NCBI GenBank assembly: GCA_964016885.1
Contig: OZ024741.1
Coordinates: 41,726,001 to 41,790,000, forward strand
From: Eledone cirrhosa
Lineage: Eukaryota
DNA length: 64,000 nucleotides
Direction of reading: 5' to 3'
Shown: one piece after another, positions 25,300 to 38,930 of the stretch
Position numbering within the stretch: the stretch's first letter is position 1
Layout of the letters: each line of letters opens with the position of its first letter
Position numbers and translations under genes: made by a program
Notes under the pieces: model-generated
Databases searched by the model: none
Told to the model about the DNA's origin: nothing
What the model saw: only the letters and a program-made list of their open reading frames with translations

Positions 25300-25352
<53 letters not shown>

Positions 25353-25711
25353 CTTTTATATGTGTGTGTGTATATGTGTATATATATATCTGTAAACATA
25401 TACACACACATACATACATACATATATCACCATCAACATTATCATCCACAATTGTGAAATTGTGAATTGTGAAATTTTGGTGAAGAAAGCAAATATTACT
25501 TATTCCATCAGTAAAACAATGGGTGGTTATGTTATGTATTAGTGTTATTAACATGTGAAGTAGATAACACTGTAATGTAAGTGTCTATTGAGCATTGTAG
25601 GCCCAATAAGTCATTGAGAAAAAATTTACTGCAGCACAATTGTTACTTGCACAAGGAGAATAACTGAAGAAAGAAAGGAGTAAGAAGGAATACAAAAAAT
25701 TTCTCTCTTAC

Positions 25712-25739
25712 CAGCAGAAGTTATAAAAATGAGACTCAC
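25712..25739 (-). other. Candidate 28-nt micro-exon / recursive splice exon of a minus-strand host gene
   Basis: Minus strand: tattattcttattttttgcag|GTGAGTCTCATTTTTATAACTTCTGCTG|gtaaga, in non-repetitive sequence. Confidence 0.5.
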
Positions 25740-25899
25740 CTGCAAAAAATAAGAATAATATTATAAGTATAATCATATCATACATTGTAAAACAGTTAAC
25801 ATGTGTACAATGATAATATGGAAGAAAATATAAAGATATGTCAGATAGGGTGAAAGCAGATAAATTCTTACAATTTACTATATATATTTATTTATAGTA

Positions 25900-26090
25900 A
25901 TAATAAATACAAAGAACAAAGAGGTTTCGATAAGGATTTTGTGTGCGTGTTGGTGTGTGTGTATAAGTATATTTAAACCCCATAAAGCAAATATTTATTA
26001 TTAGTACAGATTAAAGTTTAAGCAAAGAATTACTGCTTTCACTCTATCCAAGATCTGAAATTAAGAAAAATTAATCTGTAGATGCAGAAG
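25900..26090 (-). mobile_element. Penelope-like non-autonomous repeat, diverged copy
   Basis: Reverse complement aligns to 41851-42000 (gtgaaagca....ttctttgcttaaactttaatctgt...aataaatatttgct). Confidence 0.55.
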
Positions 26091-26299
26091 TCAATATTTA
26101 AAAAAAACGTTACAACCAAATATTGCCTTTAGAAAACAGGAAGATATAACTGCTGGATGTGAAAACATTCTCTTGAGATGGGTGAAATATATGCAAGGAT
26201 AATTATGTCAATATGTGGAGTGAGAACAAATTTATATATATATATATGTATTGATCAATAAAAATAAAACACAAGTTAGGTATACATGGTTAATTAGTT

Positions 26300-26727
26300 T
26301 CAAAATCAGAACGTCAGCAACCTGTCTGAGAAAGGAACCCCACAAGGTGGGTGGCTGTTGCAGCGGATGTCACTGGCCATTGTCCACAGAGATGCCTTCG
26401 GAATTTGTCAACAGAGCGCAGCCAAAACACTGCCACAATCTAGGCGTAGAGTTTGTTGCCCTCTTCCCTTCTCTGTCTCTTTATTCTGTTGCCTAATAGA
26501 CCTTAGTCTTTCCCTCCTTTTCTTCTCATTTACAGCATTTATAGTCCTTTCCTATACAGACAAATTTGCCCTTCTTTACTCCTTTCCACTCTTTTTCATT
26601 ACTTAATAGTTTTCATCTATTTTTTTTTAATATATCCATCATTGTATCACTTGTGTCAGTAAAATGTAGTTAACATATGTTTATGTATAACAGATAATAA
26701 AATAAAAAGTTGAAAAAGAAAAAAAAT
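26300..26727 (+). mobile_element. 3' relic of a CRE-clade (restriction-like endonuclease) non-LTR retrotransposon
   Basis: Frame of ORF 26358 reads GGWLLQRMSLAIVHRDAFGI, resembling the CRE C-terminal QRxSxAIxRGNA motif; ends aataaa plus an A-rich tail. Confidence 0.6.
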
Positions 26728-26777
26728 TAGTTCATTGCTTTACGATTGGAAACCTATATATATATATATATATATAA

Positions 26778-28036
26778 AAAAGGCCTTAAAATTAACCTGG
26801 CTAAGACTAAAGTTCTAGTTTGTAGGAAAGAAAATAAGGCGGCGGTCCCTTCCAGGAAATGGCCATGCTCAGTGTGTAGGAAAGGCGTAGGTAGAAACTC
26901 CATTTTATGTCCCAAATGCAAAGTATGGGTGCATAAAAGATGTAGTGGGATCACAGGTAAGCTAACTAAGAACTTAGATTTTACATGTGGGCGGTGCTCT
27001 AGTGCAATAAGTAGCAGCGAGTGCCCACAAAATACTAACTCTTTCAATTGCGCAGAGGGCTCTATAGAAATAGTGGACAGCTTCCGTTACCTGGGTGACA
27101 AAATCAGCAGTGGGGGAGGGTGCTCCGAAAGTACAGTAGCTAGAGTCAGAACTGGATGGAAAAAGTTCAGAGAGCTTATACCACTATTAGCCGCTAAAGG
27201 CTTCTCCCTAAAAATGAAAGGCAGGTTGTATGATGCCTGCATACGAACAGCAATGTTGCATGGCAGTGAGACCTGGGCATTGTGCGCAGAGGATATACGC
27301 AGACTAGAGAGGAACGAAGCTTGCATGCTCCGCTGGATGTGTAATAGTAATATACGTGAACGGCAAAGCATAAACGAACTAAGGAAAAAATTAGAAATAA
27401 GAGGGATCAGATGTTGTTTACTCGAGAGAAGGCTACGTTGGTACGGACACGTGATGCGCATGAAAGTCGATAGCTGTATAACAAAGTGCAGGGCAATAAA
27501 GATAGACGGTAGCCACGGAATAGGCAGACCTAGAAAATCCTGGGACGAGCTGATAAACTCCGACCTCACACACTTACACCTCTCCAAGACAATGTCACTG
27601 GACCGAGACCTTTGGCGGTACTCAGTAATAGAGAAGACCCGCCTTACCTAAATACATAGTAAAACCTACTACAGCCAGTAGGCATCTCTAACAAAATACA
27701 CCCCCGTCCCACCACCCACACCCCATCCACACCACCCCCTCCTATGTAAAGTTATGTTGGTGCCACAACATTCAGGCCGAAACAAATGAGATCGTGTAGG
27801 TGTCACGACAAAAAAACACACAGTCCACGCTGTAATGTGGCCGTGTAGGCAACACGGTAAAAACCTCCCAGACCCACACTGTAAATGTGGTTGGTGTTAG
27901 GAAGGGCATCCATCTGTAGAAAACCTGCCAGACAGTCCTATGCGAGCAAGACAATCACTCTTGCCTCAAGTGGGAATACCCCCATCCAAACCCATGCAAG
28001 CGTGGAACACGGACGTTAAACGTTGATGATGATGAT
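26778..28036 (+). mobile_element. RTE-clade LINE copy 2 (5'-truncated; ORF open to 27651)
   Basis: Same PHD, YLG and C-terminus as copy 1; (ATG)n tail; begins directly after (TA)n. Confidence 0.95.
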
Positions 28037-28066
28037 ACATACACACACACTCACATATATATATAT

Positions 28067-29300
28067 TGTCTAAGACTAAAGTTCTAGTATGTAGGAAGGA
28101 AAATAAAGCACAGGTCCCCTCTGGGAAATGTCCATGCTCAGTGTGTAGGAAAGGAGTAGGCAGAAATTCCATTTTACGTCCCAAATGCAAAGTATGGGTG
28201 CATAAAAGATGTAGTGGGATCACAGGTAAGCTATATAAGAACGTAGATTTTATATGTGGCCTTGCTCTGGGTGCAATAAGTAGCAAGCGCCCAAAGGATA
28301 CTAGCTCCTTCTATTGCCCAGATGGCTCTATAGAAATAGTGGACACCTTCTGTTACCTGGGTGACAAAATCAGCAGTGGTGGAGGGTGCTCAGAAAGTAC
28401 AGTAGCCAGAGTCAGAACAGGATGGAAAAAGTTCAGAGAGCTTATACCACTGTTGGCTGCTAAAGGTTTCTCTCTAAAAATGAAAGGCAGACTGTATGAT
28501 GCCTGCATACGAACAGCTATGTTACAAGACAGTGAGACATGGGCATTGTGTGCAGAGGATCTGCGAAGACTGGAGAGGAACGAAGCTTGCATGCTCCGCT
28601 GGGTGTGTAATAGTAATATACATGAACAGCAAAGCATAAATGAACTAAGTGAGAAATTAGGTATAAGAGGGATCAGATGCTGTTTACTTGAGAGAAGACT
28701 ACATTGGTATGGTCATGTGATGCTCATGAAAGACGACAGCTGTATAAAAATGTGCAGGGCGATCAAAATTGACGGAAGTTACGGAGTAGGCAGACCCAGA
28801 AAAACCTGGGACTATTTAATAAATTCTGACCTTACACACTTACACCTCTCTAAGACAATGTCACTGGACCGAGATCTTTGGCGCCACGCAGTAATACAGA
28901 AAACCCGCCTTGCCTAAGTACAAAGCGAAACCTACATTCAGTAGGCACCTCTTAATCAAATATACACCCTCTCCCACTACCCTCAACTCCCCCACCCCCA
29001 TCTCTGTAAAGTTATGTTAGTACCACAACATCCAGTCCTAAATAAATGAGTTCCTGTAGGTGTCACAACAAAAAATACAAAGTCCACGCTGTAATGTGGC
29101 CGTGTAGGTAACACGGTAAAAACCTCCGAGTCCAAACTGTAAATGTGGTTGGTGTTAGGAAGGGCATCCAGCCATAGAAAATCTGCCAGACAGTCCCATA
29201 CGAGCAAGATGACCAATCTTGACCCAAGTGGGACAATTCCCGTCTAAACCCATGCCAGCTTGGAAGGTAGATATTAAACGATGATGATGATGATGATGAT
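28067..29300 (+). mobile_element. RTE-clade LINE copy 3 (5'-truncated; ORF open to 28917, PHD degenerate)
   Basis: Homologous to copy 1; head-to-tail behind copy 2; (ATG)n tail. Confidence 0.95.
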
Positions 29301-29524
29301 ATATATATACACACAAGTCGGCAGAGCCACACATTTCACCACCTCACTTGACTTTTGAAAATCATGAAACTTGTGTAACCGGTAAAGTTATAGATCATTG
29401 TAAATAAACTTCTTAAAGACTCCAATTGCATTTTTAACTTCTTTTTCCTACATTTTTACCCATGAGAGATATATTTAACACATATATAACAAAAACCTTA
29501 CTTACAAAATATATATATATATAT

Positions 29525-29880
29525 GAAGGCATATGGCTTAGTGATTAGAGCATTGGGCTTGCAATCAAAAGGTTGTGAATTCAATTCTCAGACCGGGTGA
29601 TGTATTGTTTCCTTGAGCAAGACACTTTATTTCACATTGCTCCAGTTTACTCAGCTGTAGAAATGAGATGATAGGGACTGGGGTCCCTATCACTCCACTG
29701 TAAAGTGGTCGTGGAGGTGCCACGGCAAAAAAAAGCACCCAGCACTCACTGTAAATGAGGTTGGTGTTAGGAAGGGCATCCAGCTGTAGAAATCAGGCCA
29801 GAATCAGTTCCCTATCCCACCCTTGCAAGCAGGGAAAAAGCGGACGTAAAATGAAATGATGATGATGATGATGATGATGA
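29525..29880 (+). mobile_element. tRNA-derived CORE-SINE with RTE-type tail (family A)
   Basis: A box tggcttagtga, B box gaattcaattc, CORE-like ccttgagcaagacacttt...cagtttactcagctgtagaaatg, RTE tail and (ATG)n. Confidence 0.9.
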
Positions 29881-30623
29881 AGCTTTATACTTACATACAT
29901 ATTTGCTTAAATATAATATATCCTTCCATACCAGGTTCAGTTATTCTATCAATTATCAAAGATTAATTTTACTATTATACACACACACACACATATATAC
30001 ACACATACATATATACGCACACACATATATACACACATGCATATACACACACACACACATATATATATATACACACACACATATATAATTAGTTATACAG
30101 GAAAAACAAAATATATATATATATATATGTATATATATAAGGTATCAAAACATCAATTATGCTTGATATTTGTACTTTTCCATCTAAAGTGCATATTTTT
30201 ACTTGAAATATGCACTTTCTCATAAGATATATGGTCCTCCTCTCTCTCGCTCTCATATATATATATATATATATTAATTTGAATAGTGTGTTTCTGAAAT
30301 ACTTTTCAATTATTATGAGAGAGGGGTGGAGAGGGGGATTCACTGAAAATAACTGATTTATGTGCTTATATCTGTGTATACATTCTATGTGTGAGTGTCA
30401 CACTGAATCACTCTTGGAATTACATTGAACTGTCTGTCATCTCCTCTGTGAGTTTCAGCAATTTGAGGTTGGGTTTGCAAGCTGATCTCAAATGACTGTG
30501 ACTCCCAGAGGAGATGTGACAATGGAATGTCACAAGTGGAGAGGAACCATGCTGAGAAGGACCCATCCAACCCATGCAAATGTTGAAAAATACAGACATA
30601 AAATGATGATGATGAAGCTATAC

Positions 30624-30807
30624 CAGGTTTTTCCTAAACCCCATCAAATGGTGAACCATTTTTGGTTCAGAAACTTTAGAGGAACCCCAAAGTCTAATAC
30701 TGTTATATGGTCGTAATATAAATATATTCCTCTACCTTTTTCATTGAACCCCAGACACTCATTTGCGGAACCCTTGGAATCTGTAGAAATCAATTTGGGA
30801 ACCACTG
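30624..30807. mobile_element. hAT-type MITE
   Basis: TIR caggtttttcctaaa / tttgggaaccactg; 8-bp TSD agctatac / agctctac. Confidence 0.8.
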
Positions 30808-31031
30808 AGCTCTACTGTTGATCAAATAACTAGAACATTCATTGTAGAAACCAATAAAATTTCATTCCAGGAATGGAAATCTAGCTGGTTGCCTTAATAT
30901 ATGAACAGATAGTGATTTCAATTGGAAAAGAAATCAGGTCAAAGGCAAAGTTTACTGAGAACTTGCAGCTGCGTGTTGCTGTTTATCACTGCATAAATAA
31001 ATAAATAATATACATATTCATATATAATAAA

Positions 31032-31067
<36 letters not shown>

Positions 31068-31313
31068 GAGAGAGGGGGAGAGAGATGAAAATAATGAATG
31101 AATTTTTTTCTACACGTACAACTCAAACATGAAGTATATATTTATTTCAAGGGCAGAGAAAATTAAATGGTTGAAAATAAAGAAGAAAAAATAACATTTC
31201 AGGTGGAATCTGAAGATAATGGCAAAGAACCAAAGAACGAAGCAATTATAAATGTTATCCATAATAGAGAAAATAACTAAACAAAATGGAAAATGAAATT
31301 TATCTTAACTGCA

Positions 31314-31345
<32 letters not shown>

Positions 31346-31355
31346 TATATATATA

Positions 31356-31438
<83 letters not shown>

Positions 31439-31677
31439 GGTTCTTTGAAGAGAGATTCTTAGAATTAACAAAAACAATAAAACAAATATTGAATCATTTT
31501 TCTTAAAGTATTCTTAAGTAACATAGAACTCATCGTTTTAAACAGATTTTGTTTTCGATATGGAAAAAAAAATTCACTAACAGGTACAGTAGTAAAAATA
31601 CTTTTATATCTCCGAAACTTTTAACAAATATAATTACACAACCAGAATTTCAATTGCGTGCGTGTGTGTATATGATT

Positions 31678-31945
31678 GTGTTGGTATCATGACAAAATGC
31701 ACCCAGTTCACCCTGTAAAGTTGTTGTATACATGTCATGACCCCAGTACACACTGTAAAGTGATTGTGTTGGTGTCATGACAAAATACACCCAGTACACA
31801 CTTTAAAGTGATTGTGTTGGTGTCATGACAAAATGCACCCAGTACACACTTTAAAGTGATTGTGTTGGTGTCATGACAAAATGCACCCAGTACACACTGT
31901 AAATGTGGTAGGCTTTAGGAAAGGCATCCAGCCAAAGAAACCAGG
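31678..31945 (+). repeat. Array of ~5 RTE-tail 48-bp modules followed by the aggaaaggcatccagcc motif
   Basis: Unit ggtgtcatgacaaaatgcacccagtacacactttaaagtgattgtgtt. Confidence 0.85.
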
Positions 31946-32029
31946 TCACAGAAAGAGGTGAGAAAATTCTGGCCTGGTATGGCTGGTTTAAATGCTAAAG
32001 AGTTAAAGTAAGATCACTGATCAAAGACA

Positions 32030-32290
32030 GAACACAGCTCTTTAAATATACAGTCTTCCATTTTAAACAAAACTCACTGAACAATGTCAGTTTAGAACTG
32101 CTTAAATGTGCAGATTTTCCCATTTTTTAAAACTAAAATCATTAAAGAAAGTCAGTACAGAGCTATATAAATATGAAGAGTTTCCCATTTTAAAGTAAGG
32201 TCACTGAACTAAGTCAATGCAGAGCTATTTAAATATGCAATTTCCTAGAAGTTCAGTACGCAGCTCTTTAAATATGCAGTTTTCTTACAT
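32030..32290. repeat. Degenerate ~60-bp tandem repeat (~5 units)
   Basis: Recurring cag(a)gct.tttaaatatgcagttt.cc.attttaaa...gtcagt. Confidence 0.7.
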
Positions 32291-32499
32291 TTATTAGAAA
32301 AACAGTTCCGTTCAATGAAAGAGCATAAATACTTTAAAGAACATTCTGTTAGGTTTGAGAGAAATAGTAGCAACAGTACCAAATGAAAAGAAATATATGG
32401 GAAAAGAAAAGGTTGTTGTTAAATTCCTAACAGAACAAAAGATATAAGTAGGAAATGTGTGTAGGATAAGGGTGTATGTGTGTATGTGTGTATATCTGT

Positions 32500-32700
32500 A
32501 TTGATGTAGGTGTGTGTATTGCATGTAGGTGTGTGTGTATATTGCATGTAGGTGTGTGTATTGCATGTAGGTGTGTTTGTGTGTGTATTGCATGTAGGTG
32601 TGTGTATGTATTGCATGTAGGTGTGTGTGTGTGTGTATTGCATGTAGGTGTGTATGTGTATTGCATGTAGGTGTGTGTATGTATTGCATGTAAGTGCATG
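32500..32700. repeat. ~22-28 bp minisatellite (tattgcatgtaggtgtgtg)n
   Basis: About 8 units read directly. Confidence 0.9.
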
Positions 32701-32914
32701 TGTTGCTTGAGGGTATACTGCATGTGAACAAGTGCATGTATTAATGAAATGTTTAGGTGCATACATATACATACAGTATGTATATTTACAGATGTCCTTT
32801 TATGTGTAGATAGAAAAAAATGTGTACATTTAAATACATATACACATCTATGTATTATGAACATAATCATAAATGCAAAATAATGTGTGTATGTGACTGT
32901 GTGTGTGTGTGTAT

Positions 32915-32958
<44 letters not shown>

Positions 32959-32960
<2 letters not shown>

Positions 32961-33293
32961 AGGCACATGGCTTAGTGGTTAGAGCATTGGCCTTGCAATC
33001 GAAAGATTGTGAATTCAATTCTCAGACCGTGTGAGGTGTTGTTTCCTTGAGCAAGACACTTTATTTCACATTGCTCCAGTTTACTCAGCTGTAGAAATGA
33101 GATGATAGGGACTGGGGTCCATATCATTCCACTGTAAAGTGGTCGTGTAGGTGCCACGGCAAAAAACCACCCAGCACTCACTGTAAATGAGATTGGTGTT
33201 AGGAAGGGCATCCAGCTGTAGAAATCAAGCCAGTATTAGTTCCCGTCCCACCCTTGCAAGCAGGGAAAAAGCGGACGTAAAATGAAATGAAAT
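32959..33293 (+). mobile_element. CORE-SINE family A, full length
   Basis: A box tggcttagtgg, B box, CORE, RTE-type tail; inserted after (TA)n. Confidence 0.9.
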
Positions 33294-33330
33294 ATGTGTG
33301 TGTGTGTGTGTGCATGCATATGTGTGTGTG

Positions 33331-33361
<31 letters not shown>

Positions 33362-33642
33362 ATGCATATGTGTGTATATATATATATATGTGTGTGTGTG
33401 TATGCATATGTGTGTGTGTGCATGTGTGTGTGTGTGTATATATATGTATCTGTATGTGATTGACAGCTGAGAGAAATGAGTATTCAATACTGAGTTTTGA
33501 TATTCATTTTATTAAGTCAGTCATCTGGATCACAAGGTCGTCTTGTCTGATGACTTTGTGATAAACAGGTGAAACTTCAGAATAACAGGACTCACTGTTT
33601 AGCTTCAATAGAATGAATATATACACACATACATACATACAC

Positions 33643-33842
33643 ATCATCATCGTTTAATGTCTATCTTCCATGCTAGCATGGGTTAGATGGGAATTGTCCC
33701 ATTTGAGGTAAGATTGGTCGGGTGACCGTGCCTCGCTCGAAGAGGACTATCAGGCAGATTTTCTACGGTTGGATACACTTCCTAACACCAACCACATTTA
33801 CAGTGTGGACTGGGAGCTTTTTACTGTGTTACCTACATGACC
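33643..33842 (-). mobile_element. RTE 3' end fragment
   Basis: Reverse complement of the RTE 3'UTR with (CAT)n. Confidence 0.75.
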
Positions 33843-34090
33843 CATTAAAACATCAGATAGAAAGCTTTGTGATATTCACTCTGGCTTTCTTCAGTGTGAG
33901 TTCAAATCCCACTCTAACCCCAAGGTCAACTTAGCCTTTCATATTTTCTAGCTCGATAAAGTACCAGAGAAATACTGTGATTAGCTCTTCATCTATCACT
34001 CTTTATCACTTTCTCTCTCTATCTCCTGCTTTCTCTGGAGGAAATTTAATGTGTTCTAACCTAGATAAGGATGGGTTTTGCTAGGTTTAA

Positions 34091-34309
34091 CCCTTTAGCA
34101 TTTAAGCCAGCCATATCTGACCAGAACTCTCTCACCTCTTTCACTTCAAACCAGCTGTAACTGGCCGCTCATAGCTACATTAAGGTATTGTTCTCAAAAT
34201 AAACATCAAAACCTCATAGATTCGATATTATGTGAGATAATTATGTATGATAAAGCCTTTACTCTGAAAATACAATAGTATATATAGAGTAATGTAAATG
34301 ATAAAAGGG
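34091..34309. mobile_element. piggyBac-type MITE (family C)
   Basis: TTAA|ccctttagcattta ... taaatgataaaaggg|TTAA. Confidence 0.9.
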
Positions 34310-35527
34310 TTAAAATGTCCAGGACATGTTTGTCAGGATAACACACCCACATCTCAATCAAGAGTTAAGGGCTGTTTATCTTTTCTCATAACACACACAA
34401 ATATATATATATATATATTCATGCACATACATAGATAGATATGTGTATACAAACCCAGTAACCTCTATACATAGAGACTGGCAGAGATGGATAAAAAGAC
34501 AAACAGACAGACTACAGATATAAGTAGATGTGAATAACCACATATAAACACTGATATAATGGAAAAATGTACTCCTGTGTACTAGTGTGTGTGTGTGTAT
34601 GTGCACACAACTTTATCTCCAAATACATTCACACACAAACACATTCCTATCTACTTACATATATTCATACATCTCTATATCACATGTAACATATCCACCT
34701 ACCAACATACATACCTACATACATACATAAATACCAGTATATATATATACTGACATACATATATGCACACACATTTCTATATCACATGAAACCTCATCAA
34801 CCATTCTAATTATATCAATTATCTATGTGACATTTTTATGCTTCTCTATCAGGATCAATTAAAACAATACCCAACACAACAAGAGTCTTTTATGCAGTAG
34901 TGGGTTTTTTTTACTCTTTTTAATTCCCTTTTCCCCACAACTCTCACCTTTCCACCCATTCCTCACCATTATACACTTTCCATCTACACAGCATGGCAGA
35001 ATGGTTAAGAAGTTTGGTTCACAATTATAAGTTTCTGGATTCAATCCCAAGCATTGCTAGTAAACTGTATAAAAGGAAATTGTTTGAAAGCTTGTCAGAT
35101 GGATTACACCATGTAATTTATATTGTCAGTCTTATCACAGACTACCACACTAAATTTTCCTCAAAATGTCTGATTATTTTTGAAAATTATCTGATAATTA
35201 TCAGCTGTATCTTTCATGAGAAATATGATAATGAACGGGTTAAAAACCCACAGGGAAAATTGATGAGACAATGGGCAGAATTACAAAGGTCACAACATAT
35301 TCAGAGTTATGAGGGAATACTATAAATTATTCAATTAGCTATGACATGTACCATGAGGAAATTTTAAAATAATCAAACAATTTTGACAATGTACAAATAT
35401 AAATGTGCATTAACCATTTCATTACCAGATTTCTAATAAAATACACAGCCAACAACAAAATATTTTAAAGCTATCTTCCATAAATAGGAGTTAGCCTTGC
35501 AGGATCCTTAACAAATTTCATACTCTA

Positions 35528-35795
35528 GCCCACACTGTAAAGTGGTCATGTAAGTATCATGACAAAAAGCACCCAGCCACACACCGTAAAATGGTTGTGT
35601 AAGAAACATGGCAAAAGGCACCCAACACATGTGGTAAATGCAGTTGGCGTTGGGAAGGGCATCCAGCTGTAGTAATCTAGCCAGAAACAGTCCTATATGA
35701 GCACGACATGGTCACCCAACCCAACTTGCCTCTAATGGGACAAATCAGTCTAACCTATGTTAGTGTGGAAAATAGATGTTAAATGATGATGATGA
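35528..35795 (+). mobile_element. RTE-type tail with 48-bp modules
   Basis: Modules, gggaagggcatccagctgtag and (ATG)n. Confidence 0.8.
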
Positions 35796-36298
35796 TTGTG
35801 TGCACCTTTTAGGAGCAACATTTTACAGCCAGATATCATTCTTGATACTAACCCGTTTAGTTATTTCATATGACCCACATGAATAGGATGTACCTATTAT
35901 GAACTAGACACATACAGAGAAATGAAATACTCAGCCAATGTGCTTCAGTTAATTTAGAAAATAAAACATTGAGTAACACAACTTCAGCATTATTAAACTG
36001 ATTATTAAAATTATGATAGGTTTTAATATAAATAGTGGTTTAGGACAAGAAATACATACAGCCTTATAAAACCTGCCAAACAAAGCATTGGAATGACTCT
36101 TAGGGTACATCAAAGACATGACAATCTCTCTGGTGCTGGTGTTTCAATAAAATACACTTGGTAGAGCATGAGATCATATGTAAGTGAGATGCAGGCTCCC
36201 AACCCATCTGAGAAGTCAGCAATTCTACTTAAATATGAACCTAATCTGTTGATGACCCATCCAATTCTAGCTAGTAGGGAAAGCAAACGTTAAATAAT

Positions 36299-36489
36299 TG
36301 TTTCTACTTTTTGGCACAAGGCCAGCAATTATCCCAGTGTATTACTGGTACTTTATTTTATCGACCCCGTAAGGATGAAAGGCAAAGTTAACCTCAGCGG
36401 GATTTGAACTGAGTCCATAAAGGGAAGTAACTCTTTGCTGCAAAGCATGGTGTCCGACCCTCTACCGATACTGCCAATCCACCGCCCTT
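36299..36489 (-). mobile_element. Nin-domain SINE (family B), full length
   Basis: A/B boxes and Nin core; 18-bp TSD aagcaaac(g/c)ttaaataat at 36281-98 and 36490-507. Confidence 0.9.
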
Positions 36490-37462
36490 AAGCAAACCTT
36501 AAATAATGATGATGAGCTCTTTAAAATGGGTAGTCATGTATCATAGAACTAGGGGGCAGTTAAGGCAGGTTAGTATCAAGAAGATCAACAAAGGATTAAC
36601 TTGTTTTCTTTTATTCCAAAATTTAAGAATGTGTTTGGCACCAAGGATTGCCAATATGTCTACTAAACAGTAAATACCACTGAGATTCCTATGCTAACAT
36701 TAAAGAACAAAACAAAGATGGTTAAGAAAGCTGCTTTGTGTGATAAAAATCCTACAGAACACCTGATTAGTATAAAACTATTAAGAAGACTGTTATTAAG
36801 TTTGATGAGCTGAAAATTTCTTATCATATATTTTGTATAAACTATTCAAATTGTCATTGGGGACTTCTGTGAGAGAACCAGGTGGTGAAGCAGGTGATGG
36901 TAATGTTCTGCTGTGTGTTTTGGTTTGCAGCAAGAGATAGAATGCTATTATCAACTCTTTTCTTGTGGCAAACAAACTTATGATGCCATGGCTCATGAAT
37001 AAATGTATATAGTTGCATATATGTTTAAAATACAGTATGTAAAACATAGAGAGGTTTTTGTGTGTGTGTGTGTCTGTCTGTTAAAAAGATAAGAGATTAC
37101 AATATGAATGTATATCTTCATATCTACCTCGTTTGCCTTCACTCAATAAAAACAGCATAAAGGGGAAAAACAAAACAACAGGTGTGATATATATATATAT
37201 AGAGAGAGAGAGGCATGTAAAGATATGTTAGTCTGTGTGCATCTGTGTGATAGAGAATGTGTTAAGTAAATTAAGTGCTTGTGAATATTATATATATATA
37301 TATACATATATACGCACATATATATATATAACACACGCACACATGTATTTGTATACATAAACACATATGTATACTCACATATATATATGTGTGTGTCTGT
37401 GTATGCCTGATTACAGAACTGCCTCACCCATGGGAGAGAGAGACAGAAAAGAAAGAATATGT

Positions 37463-37595
<133 letters not shown>

Positions 37596-38529
37596 TTTGT
37601 GTGAGAGTCTATATACCTATCAATACTTCTCCCTCTCCACCTCTCTCTCTCTCTTTAAATATTCAATACCTGATAGCTTCAGAACTTATCAAACATTACT
37701 GATTTGTGAATTAAATTAATGAAGACAGGCAAACCTCCATAGGTTTGTTTATTGTATTTTATTGTTTGTTTTCTTTATATAACCCATACTAGCGTGGAAG
37801 ATAATGATGATAACGATGATGATTTATTTTATTTGCTATTAACGAGTTTCTTTTCTCTTTTCTTTAATTAGCATATTTACTTGAATCACAAAAATGATTT
37901 ACCTTTCTGTAAGTTGACAGAGAGAGAGAGAGAGAGAATTAGGGGTGGATGGGTGGGCTAGTGATTACATAAAATATTAATTTAAAAAATAAATATATAA
38001 TTAAAGTGTAGATATGACCGGGAGGTGAAGCAATGTATTTTGTAGTCAAGAGGTTTCAGAGTTCTGCACTACTTGATGGTGTATTTTTAAATGAATAAGA
38101 ACGTGTGAAGTTGAGTGGCTTTATGGTTAGGGTATTTGTCTCAAGATTGTAAGGTCATGAGTTTGATTCCCGGCAGCGCATATCACTGAACAAATGAAAT
38201 CAAAGAGACAAAAAAATGTTTTTTTCTATTTTCTCCAGGCTGTGGTTTGCTTAACTGGCATTTTACATCTTTTTTTTTTTTTTACAACAGTGGACAAAAG
38301 CAAACAAGTACCAGCAACAGCTGGAGGTTAACTCAGAGATGGATTGGTGTTTCAAAGTGCCCTGGGTTGCATAATGCCAAAAAAAAAAAAAATGTGATAA
38401 GCTCTGACCTAGTTAGCCATGGCAAGCTTTAAGTAAAAGTAAAAGAAAAGTCTTCCTCTAGTTTTGGTAATAAGCATTCAGTTGTTTGAGCAACTTCACT
38501 TACAATGCTTGTATTGATTTGAAGCTAAG

Positions 38530-38930
38530 GTAAATGACACTTGCCCACTTGTCCACTCTATAAAGTGGTTGTGCTGGTGTCACAACAAAAAGTGGTTGTG
38601 CTGGTACCACAATAAAAAGTGCCCAGACCACACTGTAAAGTGGTTGTGTTGGTGTTACAACAAAGAATGCCCAGTCCACACTGTAAAGTAGTAATGTTGG
38701 TGCCACGATAAAAAGCAGCCAGTATAAACTGTAAACATGGTTGGCATTAGGAAGGGCATCCAGCTGTAGAAACCAAGAATCAATTCTGTAAGAGCAAGTC
38801 ATGGTCATCTGATCTGGCTTGTCTCATAACAGGACCACACATCTTACCTATGCTAGCAAGACACTTTATTTCACATTGCTCCAGTTTACTCAGCTGTAAA
38901 TGAGATGATAGGACTGGAGTCCCTATCATT
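38530..38930 (+). mobile_element. RTE-type tail with 4-5 modules fused to a CORE-SINE fragment
   Basis: Modules to ~38740, ggaagggcatccagctgtagaaa, then agcaagacactttatttcacattgctccag. Confidence 0.8.

Noticed and set aside
32959-33035. tRNA genes (also 29525, 45920-45995, 50638)
   Set aside because: A/B boxes run directly into CORE or Nin bodies with no acceptor stem; these are SINE heads.
37890-37940. Minus-strand (CT)n..ttacag|AAAG|gtaaat 4-nt micro-exon
   Set aside because: The pyrimidine tract is a microsatellite and the donor is weak; chance level.
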